From contig OZ024742.1 in the NCBI GenBank assembly GCA_964016885.1, positions 330,956,001 to 331,020,000 on the forward strand: a stretch of 64,000 nt of DNA, in the 5' to 3' direction. Source of the stretch: Eledone cirrhosa. Its lineage: Eukaryota. A model generated the notes under the pieces. That model was not told the DNA's origin. It was given only the letters and a program-made list of their open reading frames with translations, and did no database searches. Made by a program: the position numbers and the translations under genes. Each line of letters starts with the position of its first letter. Position 1 is the first letter of the stretch. This document shows, in pieces, positions 1 through 13,899 of this stretch.

Positions 1-118
1 TTGGGAACAGCAAGAACTCTCTGATACGTCCTGAATATCTGAGGCTGCTGGTAGTGGCTTGATATTCATTTCAACAAACTTTCCAGTTAACTAACATCAA
101 TGACTGAGACTCAAAGAG
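1..118 (+). mobile_element. 3' end of R4/Dong-like RLE non-LTR retrotransposon (cut by window edge)
   Basis: Encodes LGTARTL*YVLNI* and closely matches 1259-1350; ends in an (AAT)n tract. Confidence 0.8.
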
Positions 119-149
119 TAATAATAATATTAATAATAATAATAATAAT

Positions 150-467
150 GCTTTCTTTATTAACCACAAGGGTCTACATAATGTAGACATAAAGGACAGT
201 ACAGGACATTACAGGTCGGGACAAATGGGCATTTCTGCGTGTAAAAAACAAGAAACAGAGGATGTAATAATAGAACAATGAAAGAATTCCCCAATAGGGG
301 GGACACCTCCGGGGGACATTCGTGGAGAAAGCCCATTAAAAAGCCACAGTCATTCTGACCACCAGGGCAAGTGCCCTTTACCAGTTTTCCCCCTTTAATT
401 TACAGACACATACTCAGAGTAGGCCTATTCACTCGGGCCATACTTGCTTCTCTCACCAATCTTTCAA
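150..467 (-). mobile_element. 5'-truncated 3' end of Tx1-like (L1 superfamily) LINE
   Basis: Colinear high-identity match to 58419-58737 (ORF2 C-terminus plus 3' UTR); flanked by (AAT)n on both sides. Confidence 0.85.
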
Positions 468-487
468 TAATAATAATAATAATAATA

Positions 488-1359
488 CTGAAAGTGAAGA
501 CAAAGACCAGGGGATGACCAAGGAGGAATTAACAACAAGGAGGAAGAGCAACCATTATGACAAATCCCTTCATAGTACCTTTTTAGGAAAACTGAATTTA
601 GACATCCACAGACATGGAACTGCTGAAAAAGAGGTGACCTTAAAAAAAGTTACAGAAGGAATGCTAATGGCTACGCAAGAGCAAGCCATCAAAACGAAGT
701 GGGTGAAACACCATATTTACAAGGAGGAGGCTAGCCCACTGTGGAGGATTTGTGGAGAGAGAGAGGAAACTGTGGCTCACATTGTATCCGAGTGTAAACA
801 CCTAGCCCAGACTCACTATAAAGGCTGGAGACATGATAAGATAGGTAGGGTGATCCACTGGCATCTATGCAAAGTAAACAATTTACCACATTCTGAGAAG
901 TGGTATGAGCATAAGCCAGAGTTGGTGATAGAAAACGAGCAGGTGAAGGTGCTATGGGATTTTAGGATACAGACGGACAAGAAATTAGAACACCATAGTC
1001 CTGACATGGTGGTTTTGGACAAGGAAAAACGATTGTGCCTGATAGTAGATGTAGCCTGCCCATTTGACAAAGAGTGTGCAAGAAAAGGAGAGTGAGAAAA
1101 TTAACTTATACCAGGACTTAAAGTGGGAGTTAAAAAGGATTTGGAACTGCCATGAAGTCAAGGTCGTCCCGATTGTCATAGGCACAAAGAGTCTCCAAGG
1201 ATGGTTAAACAAAATTAGTCCAGCCCCGCTTTTTGGAACACTTCAAAAGGCATGCTTGCTGGGAACAGCAGGAACCCTCCGATACGTCCTGAATATCTGA
1301 AGCTGCAGGTAGCGGCTTTCGAGTTAAATTACATCAATGAATGTGACTCATAGAACAAT
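488..1359 (+). mobile_element. R4/Dong-like non-LTR retrotransposon 3' fragment (zinc finger plus restriction-like endonuclease), frameshifted
   Basis: ORFs 514-1095 and 1064-1300: degenerate CCHC finger (RICGEREETVAHIVSEC), RHD, PD..D motif (PDMVVLDKEKRLCLIVDVACP), EK..YQDL, VPIVIG; bounded by (AAT)n. Confidence 0.88.
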
Positions 1360-1381
1360 CATAATAATAATAATAATAATG

Positions 1382-1418
<37 letters not shown>

Positions 1419-1487
1419 TAATAATAGCAACAATAATAATAACAATAATAATAACAATATTAAAATAATGTTAACTATAATAATAAT
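1360..1487. repeat. (AAT)n microsatellite
   Basis: Seen directly. Confidence 0.95.
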
Positions 1488-2090
1488 CTATTTATTGGTC
1501 AAAAGGGCCAACATATACGGGACAATACAATAAATATTGACGTATGTGGGATTTACAATGAAATTGAATAAAACCAAATTAACAAAAGCCAATAAAGAAA
1601 TAATAAAAATTCCCCACGGGTGACAGAGGATTCGCAAGCCACCGATCCCGAACGGTCCGACGCTCAAAGTGCACCCGAGGAGGGTGTCCCATTCCTCTCC
1701 AAACATGCCAGCCTACTGGGCTGTAACGTTTCCATCTGGACCCTCATCTTCCTTTCCAAGTGAAACTTGAAAAAGTTGATGAGGGATTGGCCAAAGAAAG
1801 AAGAGTCTGTCTTCAGTAATTTCGCTTTGGTCCACCACACAGCCATTTACGCTACAGCCATCAAGCAGTGGGAAAATGCCTGCCCTATCCGGCCAAAAGA
1901 GGTGACAGGGGGATCCACATGATGGGACTGAGTCGATAGCAACTGTTTGACATAATTTCACAAGTCAGTAACGCAAGGACATTGGACAAGGGCGTGCAAA
2001 ACGGTTTTTGTCGCTCTGCAGGCATATCGGACAGGTCTGTCTGATCACTCATCCGGACCTGTGATCAGATAGAGTTTACCTCAAACCGGC
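1488..2090 (-). mobile_element. 3' fragment of a second, more diverged Tx1-like LINE subfamily
   Basis: VWWTKAKLLKTDSSFFGQSLINFFKFHLERKMRV parallels VWWTRLKGLKTSTYLFGDALINFFKFHLKGKIRV in ORF 58670-59377; AATAAA just before the (TTA)n end. Confidence 0.75.
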
Positions 2091-2533
2091 AGTACACCCC
2101 AATATCGAGAACAAAAACAAATACACACACGCATACGGCACATATGTCTAATTCTCTCCAATTTATCCCCCTTTCTACTTCTCGACATTTTCGATGTAAT
2201 TCTAAGGCTTAAATATCGACCGTTCACGTAATAATTTCTGTGTAACTCAGATCTTTTTGCCAAAATTTCGTTCCGACAATTGTAAACAAACGCGTGAGGA
2301 AGATTGTGACAATCAATGCCTGACATTATATACCTATCTATCCACATATAGTTGTATATAATACGCAGCTTTCCGAAAGGGATTAGGAGGTGACCTCAGT
2401 TAAAGAAGGTAATACGCTGTTGGAGTATAAATATATTCCATATAATAATTACATCCACAAGACGAGACGTGCACTCTTTCATTCGTATCAAGACATCAAA
2501 GTAATTATTTCGATATTAAATAAAGATATATAC

Positions 2534-2569
<36 letters not shown>

Positions 2570-4312
2570 GTACGAGGCTGAAATCTCTTCACAGATAAAA
2601 CATACCCAAAATGAGGCCTAACCATATGTGGGCATGTCGGTGTGTCGTTTCAAAAAACGTTTCCCATATCACGAAATAACTTTCAAATACACAAATGATA
2701 GGAATTTGCCGAATAAAATACGAAAACTCAAGGGCATGATAGAAAGCTCTCTATTAAATGATGCTTGAACTATCTTAGCAGATGAGTACACCATTAACAA
2801 ATAAGTTGTTATTCGCTTTGCCTTGTTTCCATTAATTATTTTGGCGCCCCTATTAGTTTTTCGAAGTCTAATATATATATATATATATAGGACAAAACAA
2901 AACATTTGGGTCGCTTTACTCCGGAGTATATTTTAAAAAAAAGAGGTGTAAGTTAACAGGTTAAAATTAACTTCGTTTACTCATAATCGCCATTATATAT
3001 ATTTCAGTTGTAACGATTTCCTCCATCTCTTTTTCACTTTCCGCGAACGAAACAATAGAACTGAAACGTAAATGTTTCGCTTCTCACAGCAATTGCAATC
3101 ACCAAACTCTCATACACACAGGAAGCCCACGTAATAACCAATTTTCTTTCAAAAAAGAAAATTTTCCCTTTATTTAGATTAAACAATTTTGATCAATTAT
3201 CTTCATATAACATACTGACGTGACCAGGAATGTTATTAATACATGGTGTATCCAGGATCATATTTTCCAGTTTGTTATTCTCATTTCATGAGATGAGGTT
3301 ATGCCTTTTTACGTAATGGAGAGCATTCGTAGAAAGGAAGTGTTATTTGAAAGACGTTCAATTCCGTTTACTTTCATTCGTTGGAAATGCAGACTTAATT
3401 GTGAACGGCTCCGACGCGGAATAATTGCACCTCAGACCGTGGAAATATAGCATAATTTCCACTGATATACTGTATTTGCTGACGTACCACCAATATTTCG
3501 GTCACATTACTAGTAAGCTGTAGAATAGCAAGTAAAAACCTTTATCTTTCTTGCCATGTAATCAGTTCATTATGGACATAATTGTCCCTCGTTAATTAAG
3601 GTAATAGTATTTTAAAATATACTTTTAATTCAAATTTTCGCCTTTTGCTGAACATTTTAGGGATGGTTTGAACGATTTTTTGTTGATTTTAATGTGTTGT
3701 TTTATCACTATTTCCTTAATTGCTTCTTGCATGTTTGAATTCAAAATAATTTTAAATTTTAATTTACATATGCGTAGTATGTGTAAGACATTGCTTCACA
3801 TCTCGTTATATCGCTGTAATTCCAGAGCACTGCTTGCTATTCACGGCTTTCATTAGAAACGCTGTTAAGTTTCTAAAATGATTAACAGATACACAGACAA
3901 TGAATGTATTCAAATTCCATTATACTAAACAGCAGGAGTGTCCAATTTCTAGCATACAAACACTGAAATTAGAATGCTAATATGCACGTGAAATATATGA
4001 ACGTTTCGCGGCCTCGTTTAGATAACACGATCTCATTTAGGGATCTATTAATGAGTGTTACTCTGATTATCTAAAATACCAATCACCATAACCTGATAAT
4101 ACAAGTGTAATTTTAAATGTTAAAATGTTAAAAAGAACTCATTAAAAGTTTGTAAATGAGATTAACGAGACTGTCGGTTGCTTGCCGTTCCCATTAACAT
4201 TACATGTCGCTAAAAAGAATGAATCAATGAAATATTTAGTTGAGGATCTTTAAAATTAACCAGGTCGAGAAATGCATTGTTCCAGGAATACAATGTCATT
4301 ACACACACACAC

Positions 4313-4349
<37 letters not shown>

Positions 4350-4354
4350 ACACA

Positions 4355-4398
<44 letters not shown>

Positions 4399-4755
4399 TA
4401 GAGTGTCCGAAACGTTAAGATTATTTCCTACTATATAAAGCGTTAAACTAATATATATTTGCATTCATCGTACTGTTTTCTGTGGCGTTTGCAGTTTACA
4501 TTATATATATATATAATAATTGTTTCTACTATTGGCACAAGGCCAGCAATTACCAGTACATTACTGGTAATGTACTGGGTAATTACTATATATATTATAT
4601 ATATATATAATAATAATAATATATGTAGTAATAAACGCAGTAAATCGTGTGTCTAAAATTACGAGGGTTGAAATACCACGTTGGTTTGAGAAATGTAACC
4701 AGAAACAATCGGAAAATACAGAAAATATACAGACCGTCTCAATAACTATTATATA

Positions 4756-4837
4756 TCCCGAACAGAGTAGAGTTTTAATCTGTTTCGCCCTGAGAATTGT
4801 GTTTGTAACAGATAATCCGTGGGCATCATCAGCGAGA
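4756..4837 (-). ncRNA. Type I hammerhead ribozyme motif
   Basis: UCUCG-CUGAUGA-U-GCCC(30 nt)GGGC-GAAA-CAGA(12 nt)UCUG-UU-CGGGA: all three stems pair and the core is intact. Confidence 0.8.
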
Positions 4838-5067
4838 GAATTAGATTAAATGTGACAAACACCTAAAGCTAAAAGCCACACGAATGAATATTTCACCTCG
4901 TGTGCTAGAAGTAAAAAATGGTGTGAGTGGATAGGCTAGAAACAATAGCCTTAATACACCCAACTTATAAGCTCACCTAGTTAGGGAGCCGAAATACAAA
5001 TAAAAGACAGAGTTAATATATATATATAAACGAATAGAGGTGTAACACACGAGTTGTGATATATTAG

Positions 5068-5306
5068 TAAAATGCTAAGATTTTTTTCCCAGTGAAAAAT
5101 AGTTTAATTAGGAATAAGCAAAAATTTGTAATAAGTATTGATTAGTATTCAGTTTTAGTTTTAAGCTTTTACCTGTTGCGCATTTCTAATGCTTTTCAAA
5201 AATAAAAACTTAAAACTAAAACTGAATACTAACTAATACTTATTACTAATTTTTACTTATTCCTAATTAAACTATTTTTCACTGGGAAAAATTTGTCAGC
5301 ATTTTC
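5068..5306. repeat. Foldback (inverted repeat, ~100-bp arms) around a degenerate HHR-like centre
   Basis: 5070-5170 is the reverse complement of ~5203-5305; the - strand centre has GAAA-UGCGCA as in the HHR at 38689. Confidence 0.8.
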
Positions 5307-5317
5307 TTTTCCTTTTA

Positions 5318-5395
<78 letters not shown>

Positions 5396-5526
5396 AAAAT
5401 GTGTGAGATCCTTGTTACATTTAACTATATTTGAAATAAAGGAAAAGAATGACTTCACTTGTAGTGTTAACACATTTTTGATTTCATTTTATAATAATAT
5501 AATATTATAAGTTGGTAGATCCAGTA

Positions 5527-5581
<55 letters not shown>

Positions 5582-5652
5582 CGAAGGAAATGTAGTAAGG
5601 AACCAGGTGGACCATAACGCACCAAAGTACTCAATACTTAGGGTAGTAGAGT

Positions 5653-5713
<61 letters not shown>

Positions 5714-5717
<4 letters not shown>

Positions 5718-5770
5718 AGTATGTATGTATACGTACATACATATATGTATACAGACGTATAGTAGCATGC

Positions 5771-5801
<31 letters not shown>

Positions 5802-5915
5802 TACATACATTCATACATTCAGGCTGTTCAGTTTGTTTACAAACGACCAAAGCGGGCGCTATAATAAGCGTCCGCTAAATTGATACGTGCATATATGTAT
5901 GTGTACCTGTATGTA

Positions 5916-5989
<74 letters not shown>

Positions 5990-6427
5990 TGCTACTATAC
6001 GTCTGTATACATATATGTATGTACGTATACATACATACTTACGTATAAGTAAGTGCCGTACTAAGAGTGAGAAATGAAATTTCGTTTTCATTTTATTACA
6101 ACTTATCGTTCTCGGTACGCCTGGCCGAACTCACTCGATATGCAAATTAGGCTGCTCAGCCGTTAATTTTCATAAGGAAAGTATATACTTTCGAACGTTC
6201 AACCATCTGGCCGAAGGGTATACAGTGCTGATGATAGCTAACAAGCTTGAAACTAGTACATCTTCCCTGTGTCAGTGTTGAACAAAAAGGTGACGTTGTT
6301 GCCTTAACACCGTACGGCATAAATTCAGGCTGTTCAGTTTGTTTACAAACGAATAAAGCGGGCGCTATAATAAGCGTCCGTTAAACTGATACGTGCATAT
6401 ATGTATGTGTACCTGTATGTATATATG

Positions 6428-6458
<31 letters not shown>

Positions 6459-6480
6459 GCATGCTACTATACAACTATTA
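5714..6480 (+). mobile_element. Non-coding HHR-bearing repeat (same family as 55813-56570) with partial tandem and inverted duplication
   Basis: 5985-6380 aligns to the 55813-56236 unit; 5817-5925 is repeated at 6323-6430; 5714-5770 is an inverted copy of 5985-6041. Confidence 0.75.
6197..6283 (+). ncRNA. Minimal type I hammerhead ribozyme with extended stem I
   Basis: CUGAUGA(6228)-U-AGCU-aaca-AGCU-U-GAAA-CUAG-UA; outer helix GUUCAAC/GUUGAAC. Confidence 0.7.
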
Positions 6481-6483
6481 CAA

Positions 6484-6561
<78 letters not shown>

Positions 6562-6589
6562 CACACACACACATATATATATGAAATTT

Positions 6590-7450
6590 CGTATCGATTG
6601 TTTACATTTCACTACTCTCGACGCCTAGATAGTTTTATTCCTACCCACACCGTCAGTCCGAGCTCGTCAGATGCTATAAACCTATTTAATCACACGATTT
6701 GAATAATTTAAATTTGTTATGATACATGAAACCGGCACTATTCTTTGTTGCTTCTAAGCATGCCAATCGCTCTATGATACCTTCTGCTCTGTGTTTTACT
6801 GTGGGTCTCTCCCTGTCTCGTGTCAATTCTGTAGATGACAAACAAAGTAAATCATAGTTAGAGGAATACATTCTGCAAGTTGCCTCTCTCTTCCCCTGTC
6901 CCCTTCCTCTCTACCATGTATTCTTTATCATAGTAATATTGACAGATATATCATTTCCCACACTACGAGTTAACTTGCTGGGAACCCTACCACACCATTA
7001 AGTTGGAGGAAAATATAACTGTGAAAAAGGGATTGAAATATTATAATTAAAAATATAAATTTAATTCAGGTCCGAAATACGTTTAAGGGGATATGCTGAA
7101 GTATTTGTTTAGGATAGATAAAGGTACAGGTTTAGAAGAATATAAAGTAGTCATTATAATGTTTAACCGCTCTATAAGCTGTTTATGGCAAGCCATGTGA
7201 GCCGTCTTCCCCCGGTTTCTCTATGATAGTCTTTAACCCAATGGCGTCAGTTTCTGTGTAGAAAGCGTCAACCGCGGATATTCATGCGCTCAATGATAAA
7301 AGCACCAGAGTGAAATCTTTCGATATAAAGAGAATGTCCACGGTGAAGTGTTGATAGTTGGAATGTTCCACGCGGCTTGTTGTAGACAGTGAAACCAATC
7401 ACGTTAATTCGGCTACCGTGTCTAACTGATACGATTCTATTACTGAGTGA
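6590..7450 (-). mobile_element. Decayed Penelope-like element 3' relic
   Basis: FTVYNKP (RT thumb VYRKP-like) near 7385, RAEGIIERLACLE (GIY-YIG C-terminal-like) near 6770, CUGACGA core near 6670. Confidence 0.45.
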
Positions 7451-7789
7451 TGTATATTATTAAATAGGGTGACCGTTAATACTAGAGACTGACTTAAGGT
7501 AATTTAAAATAGAAATCATAATATGGAAAATAAAGATAAATTAAATTGTGGTCAGAAACATAATGATCTAAGGTTATATGATAAGATTAAATGAAAAAAT
7601 GAAAATGAAACAATATGAACAAAAATATAGAAAATCAAACATTGGCTAACATGTAATCAACACATGAAGGGAATGAAATTGTACATATAACGAAGGCAAT
7701 AAATTAACCTAAAACAGCTAAATATCTAGAAAGAACAATTCAATATATAAAACCGTCGTGTATTTTGTGGCACATTCGCACTTAAGAGG

Positions 7790-8380
7790 AGACTAATGTA
7801 GGTAGAACATTCCTAGCCTTCTTAGATTTTAACTTAGATTATAAATACCAGCACATATCCAACCGCCACACAGTGAAAATGGTCTACACTTGTACCAAAA
7901 AGATGAAATCCCCCAACATCAACAAACGAAAAAGATATCAATCTTACGGATCCTCATGTAGAAGGCCATACGCATGCCTCTTGGACGAACATTGCACAAC
8001 TTTAGTTGTGATATATGAAGTAGAAGTGCCCTACATGAAACTGAAACCTAGATTTATGTAGGAATGTGTGAGAGCCGGTTCAGAAGCCATTTCCAGAGCT
8101 ACGAAATAAGCTTCAGACATCCTGGTAAAAAAAGAAAAAAAAACTACCACTCTGCTGACGTACCATATCTGCACCATCAAAGATAAAGGCACAGAGATCT
8201 CCATGGACAGATCTACGTCTACGTCAATGGGACCCTGGAAAGATCCACCCCTACGTGAATGGGGCGACATTTTGTCAACTGTGTAAATCTGAGATGTGGA
8301 ATATAGTCTCACAATTGACTCTAGGGAAACGCTACTTACATACGGGTCTCAATATTTGCTTTGAAAGAATGGACTACTCT
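7790..8380 (+). mobile_element. Decayed Penelope-like element (linker plus GIY-YIG endonuclease)
   Basis: NVGRTFL..NRHTVKMVYTC, C-x5-C-x5-C..VIY, FCQLCKSE; parallels ORF 40439-40891. Confidence 0.7.
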
Positions 8381-8851
8381 AAATCAATTGAATGTATTTT
8401 CTTCGACATTTCAATTGAAGCCCTGGGCTCGCCGTGAAACACATGTTGCCTACCTTGTTTTTTGTTATATTTGCCTACCTTTTCATCTACGTTAGTTAAC
8501 AGTTAGCTTAGCCATTCATCTTTACGGGGTCGAGAAAATATTGTACCATTAATGTACTGAGGTCGATTTAAATGACTTTCACATCCCCTCAAAATGTTTC
8601 CTAAAAAAGGAACCATTATTTAAGTTAATTGTCTATTTATGAATAATTTCGTGATTATCTATACTTAGAACTCTCCTATACTTTCTAAAATCTCCAGGGT
8701 GCGATGCATTAAATTCTTTTTAGAACAGACTGAATGATTTGGGATAAACTACCTAAAGCCACTTAAGTACGTATCATTGTTGTAACTAATTATGTATATG
8801 AGCTGTCAATCTACTGTGTGTAATATTTATATTACAACACAACGGAAAATA

Positions 8852-8901
<50 letters not shown>

Positions 8902-10102
8902 ATTATTATTATTAATATTATTACATTATTAATTACTTTATTTATTACTTCATTGTTTTACGATGCTTTTAGTAGGGTGAGTGATGTAGCAAATAATCGA
9001 TAGTAGTTATGGAACTCCAAATTATTAGTCACGGCATTACATCGCAACTCCTTTGTCATATATGTTGGAACAAAGGAAATAAATCTACAATCTGGGGCTT
9101 CTATCTACTATTTCATGAGAGAACTTACCGTGACGCCAATACCTCTATCTCTGATTAGGGTACGACCCACCTAGCATTTTTACATAAAATAATCACATTC
9201 CATAATTTTCAAAAAGTGTACTTTTGCCAGATTACTGAAACAACTTGAGATATGTTACATCGAATTAGTTTAATGTTAGGTTGGTTAATTTGATCTGTAT
9301 CCATCATAACATATATATCAAATGAGCGCATTTATTCCGAAAGCCAGACATACATACAAATTGTATGTCTCATGAAATAGAAAATATTTTACTATAATTA
9401 ATAACTGTAAAAATTAGAGAAGAATCACTAAACGGCTGGCATATTAATTAAAGGATTATGTTTTACCATTGTTAATCAATTGATTACATATATTGTAGTT
9501 TGTTATTCGTGGTATACATAAATAACTAAATAGTAAACCAGAAAAAAACAAAACATTTACTTAGCGGGGAAAATATATGTTATACTTAAGCTAGTAATAT
9601 TTACTCGTTTTCATTTGAATATTTTCAGTAACATTGAACATTCTCATGTAACAGATTCTTAACTAGAAACCGCGTCTGTCATTTTTATTTGCCGTTTGTA
9701 TTATTTCAATTCTTTTTTTTTTTCTTTTCCAGTACCTTAATAACATGGACAATCTCTAAAACATCATGAAAGAATACAGAATTCCAACAACTTGCCAAAT
9801 ATCAACTAAATCCGACATCAGAAAATCATGTTTCTAAAATGTCTAAAAAAGAAATTTAAAAGAAGAAACATCAAAGAAAACAGCATGCCAAAAATTAATC
9901 AAAGAGTTCGGGATAAAATCAAAAGATTGCTCACTGAATGTAGAGATTCAATTAATTAAGAACGTAAGAACGAATTTCACAGGAACAACCTCAACATTTC
10001 GTTTTGTCCGAACTTTAAAAGGAATCAAGTTGCAACTCGCTAAGTATGAATAGGAATGACTGTCTACCTATCCTCCTCCCTACGCACACATCTCCATATC
10101 GA

Positions 10103-11005
<903 letters not shown>

Positions 11006-11699
11006 GAAATGAATGCGAGCGTTTACTTTCGTGTGTAAATAAATGTGTGTATTAGTGTATATATATTCGTGTGCTGTTCAAAAGATATGTGTCCAATTTT
11101 AATTTGATATTATTTTCCTCTTCTAAACTAATATCTAAAACTTTAATTAATATCGGCAGGACATTGGGTTAAAAAAAAAAATTAATTTCATCTAAATAAC
11201 AATAAAATATATTGGGAAAAATTTCTAAACAAGATCAAAAACAGCCAGAAGAGAAATAAATACATACATACACACAAAAATACATTTATATATTTTCTTC
11301 AATAAATATATTTCACGTTAGAAGATTAAATGTTTAGTCTACTATATAGTCTTTCTGGAAAACATTAATCAGGCACGATTAACTTGTCTTAAAATCCGAG
11401 TTTACCACGGTACATTTTAATTTAACATTCGATATTATATATTATGTTCTTTGTATGTCACCGGTGTCTCCTTTTGACAGTGCCGTGTTGAATGTGCCGA
11501 CATTAAGGTAATCAATAATTACACGTAAAGAATACATATTCATACACACTTCCCTCCACTTAAAATTGGCATTACTATCATAAACAAAAACATAGACACA
11601 TACATACATATACACACACACATATCTATACATATATATGTGTCGGGTTCAAGAGGGGGTAACTATATGCATGTATATATATATATATGTATACAGGGA

Positions 11700-13330
11700 T
11701 GTGATTCCGACCATGCATATGAAGTTGCGGCAGAGCTATCTTCAATATTCTAGAATTATGTGAGCCTCACCACAGTGTTAAATGACAAGAAATGGAAAAT
11801 GATTATTAACTGCAAATCTAAGGAGAGTAAATTTGTTTTGGAGAGAAGCTAAGAAAATGTCTGAGGTGTTGAGGATGATGTGGAGAGAATATATATACGA
11901 TTTTGTGTTAATCATGAAGTCTTGTTCATCTACGTATTTGTACTTTTTATGTGTATGATGTGTGTGTGTACATATATAACAGAAAAGAATGCCAATGCAT
12001 ATGCCATCCAAAATATCAGCTGGAGAGTAATAATTTTGCTTACCCTACCTTCTCAATTATGATCTAGTCACATCTAATAAATAGCTCCAGAAATTCTATT
12101 ATTAATCAGTGCTCCACTTGCCACAAGGAAATATTTATCACACATTACCTTACGCTAAGTTACACAACTACTATAACTATGTCATATCCGTTGTTAATCG
12201 CTTATGAAGAAACAATAGTAAATGCCCTTTAAATGGATCTTGTACCAGAGAAGTTGTTCGATATAGATTAAAGCATTAAAGCATTGCATATAAAATCATT
12301 ACACATAACATTAAAGCATTGCACATAAGCCATTTCTAAAGGATTGATATATGAAATGCAGTACGACTTTCAACGTTAAAGCTAGGCTTTAAAGGAAAAT
12401 GGATATACATATATAACATGTAGCGAAATTCAAATCTGGCACAAGTTTCTAAGTCACCAACTTCATACTGGTACATTACAGAGAAGAACAAAGAGAACAG
12501 TAGCCATGGCACAACTTCAAACAGATTGTGAAACCAAACACCTCAGATCATTCGCCATTTGACATGATTGATTCACTCACTACCTCATTAATATAATGAT
12601 AACATTCAGCATATTACCATGTATGCTAATCGTTTTAAGTGTTTTACAGAGACCCTTGAGAATGACAGTACCAATTATTTAGTCGGATCGATGAAGACCA
12701 TTAACAGATCCTGGTTCTTTTCATGAACATTCTCTGTCAACTAGCGTTGGAAGAAAATATGTCAATAGTAGCCCATCCTGTGTGGAAACCACATTGGCTT
12801 TTATGTTAAATACAATCAACAAGTCTAGGTGTAAATGGGTTGAGAATCTTAGTGGCAATACATAGAAGGAATATTCCACAAGAATTGATACCGATGGAAT
12901 TGTTTACTATTTTTCTTCACGAGATGGATAATGGATACATCTCCTATGTATTGTCGGACATTTTCGACCTTCCAGATTTCTTGACATCACCGAAGAAGCT
13001 TCCAAAATAGATTTGCATACCATATTTGAAAAGTTTAGGTGGGATGCCATTTCTACCAGGAACTTTATTGGATGATAGTTCTTTAAACATCACTCAAGCT
13101 TGGATTGAATGCTAATTAGGCTTTTGTGGAATAGTTATGACATCTTCATTTACGTTTGATGCAGCATTTACGAGCTTGTGATCTTTTTAATTGAGAGTAT
13201 CTGTGTCTGTCTGTGTATAGGATTGTATAATCCTATAGATAGGACCAGATTTGACCAGCTTTCCCGCAGATCATACAATGCCTTTAGATAATAATAAATG
13301 TCTATTGAGAGAATTGTATCATGCACACAC
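11700..13330 (-). mobile_element. Old RTE-clade LINE RT relic
   Basis: Hand translation: KVPGRNGIPPKLFK (~13050), GIFLLCIATKIL (~12860), QCGFHTGWATID..MVFIDPTK (~12790-12685), INNRIS (~12100). Confidence 0.75.
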
Positions 13331-13335
13331 TTTGT

Positions 13336-13680
13336 CTTCTTCTTCTTCTTCTTCTTCTTCTTCTTCTTCTTGAGAGTATTGGGGGGACATAACACTCAAG
13401 CATAGCTTTCATTGGGTTCTGTCAGAAGTAAATGTCTCCTAATGATCCGGCTTTATGCCCAAGCGAGACCAGCGAGGCTCATGGACATTATCTAACCAAA
13501 TTGTTCGGGGTCTAGCCCTGGGTCTCCTGTCGGTTGGTTTTGTCCGTAAAATTTGTCAAACGATTCTTTCCTAAGTGTTTCTAACCACCTGTCCGTAGTA
13601 TCATAGCTGTGATCTCTCAATTCGGAGAAGTAGCGGCTCCACCTGATGTGACTCCCGGTTCTCCGAGCTACACACTCTAC
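13336..13680 (-). mobile_element. 5'-truncated RTE-clade LINE 3' end with (GAA)n tail
   Basis: PLLLRIERSQL*YYGQVVR..RRPRARPRTIWLD; (CTT)n at 13336-13370 on the + strand. Confidence 0.8.
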
Positions 13681-13899
13681 CCAATATTTTCCTACACCAA
13701 ATATTTAGCTACAGTTTATTTTATAATACTTTTGCACATAAACACTACGTTTGTGTACGTGATACATGTACTATTCGTCGTAAGGGATTATTATTCTTGA
13801 TTTCTATATTTTCTGATAATTCATTTTCTGTCTAGGGGAATCTAAAATAATTAATGTTTACCTTTTATATTAATTATGATAAATAGCTCTATTTTAAAT

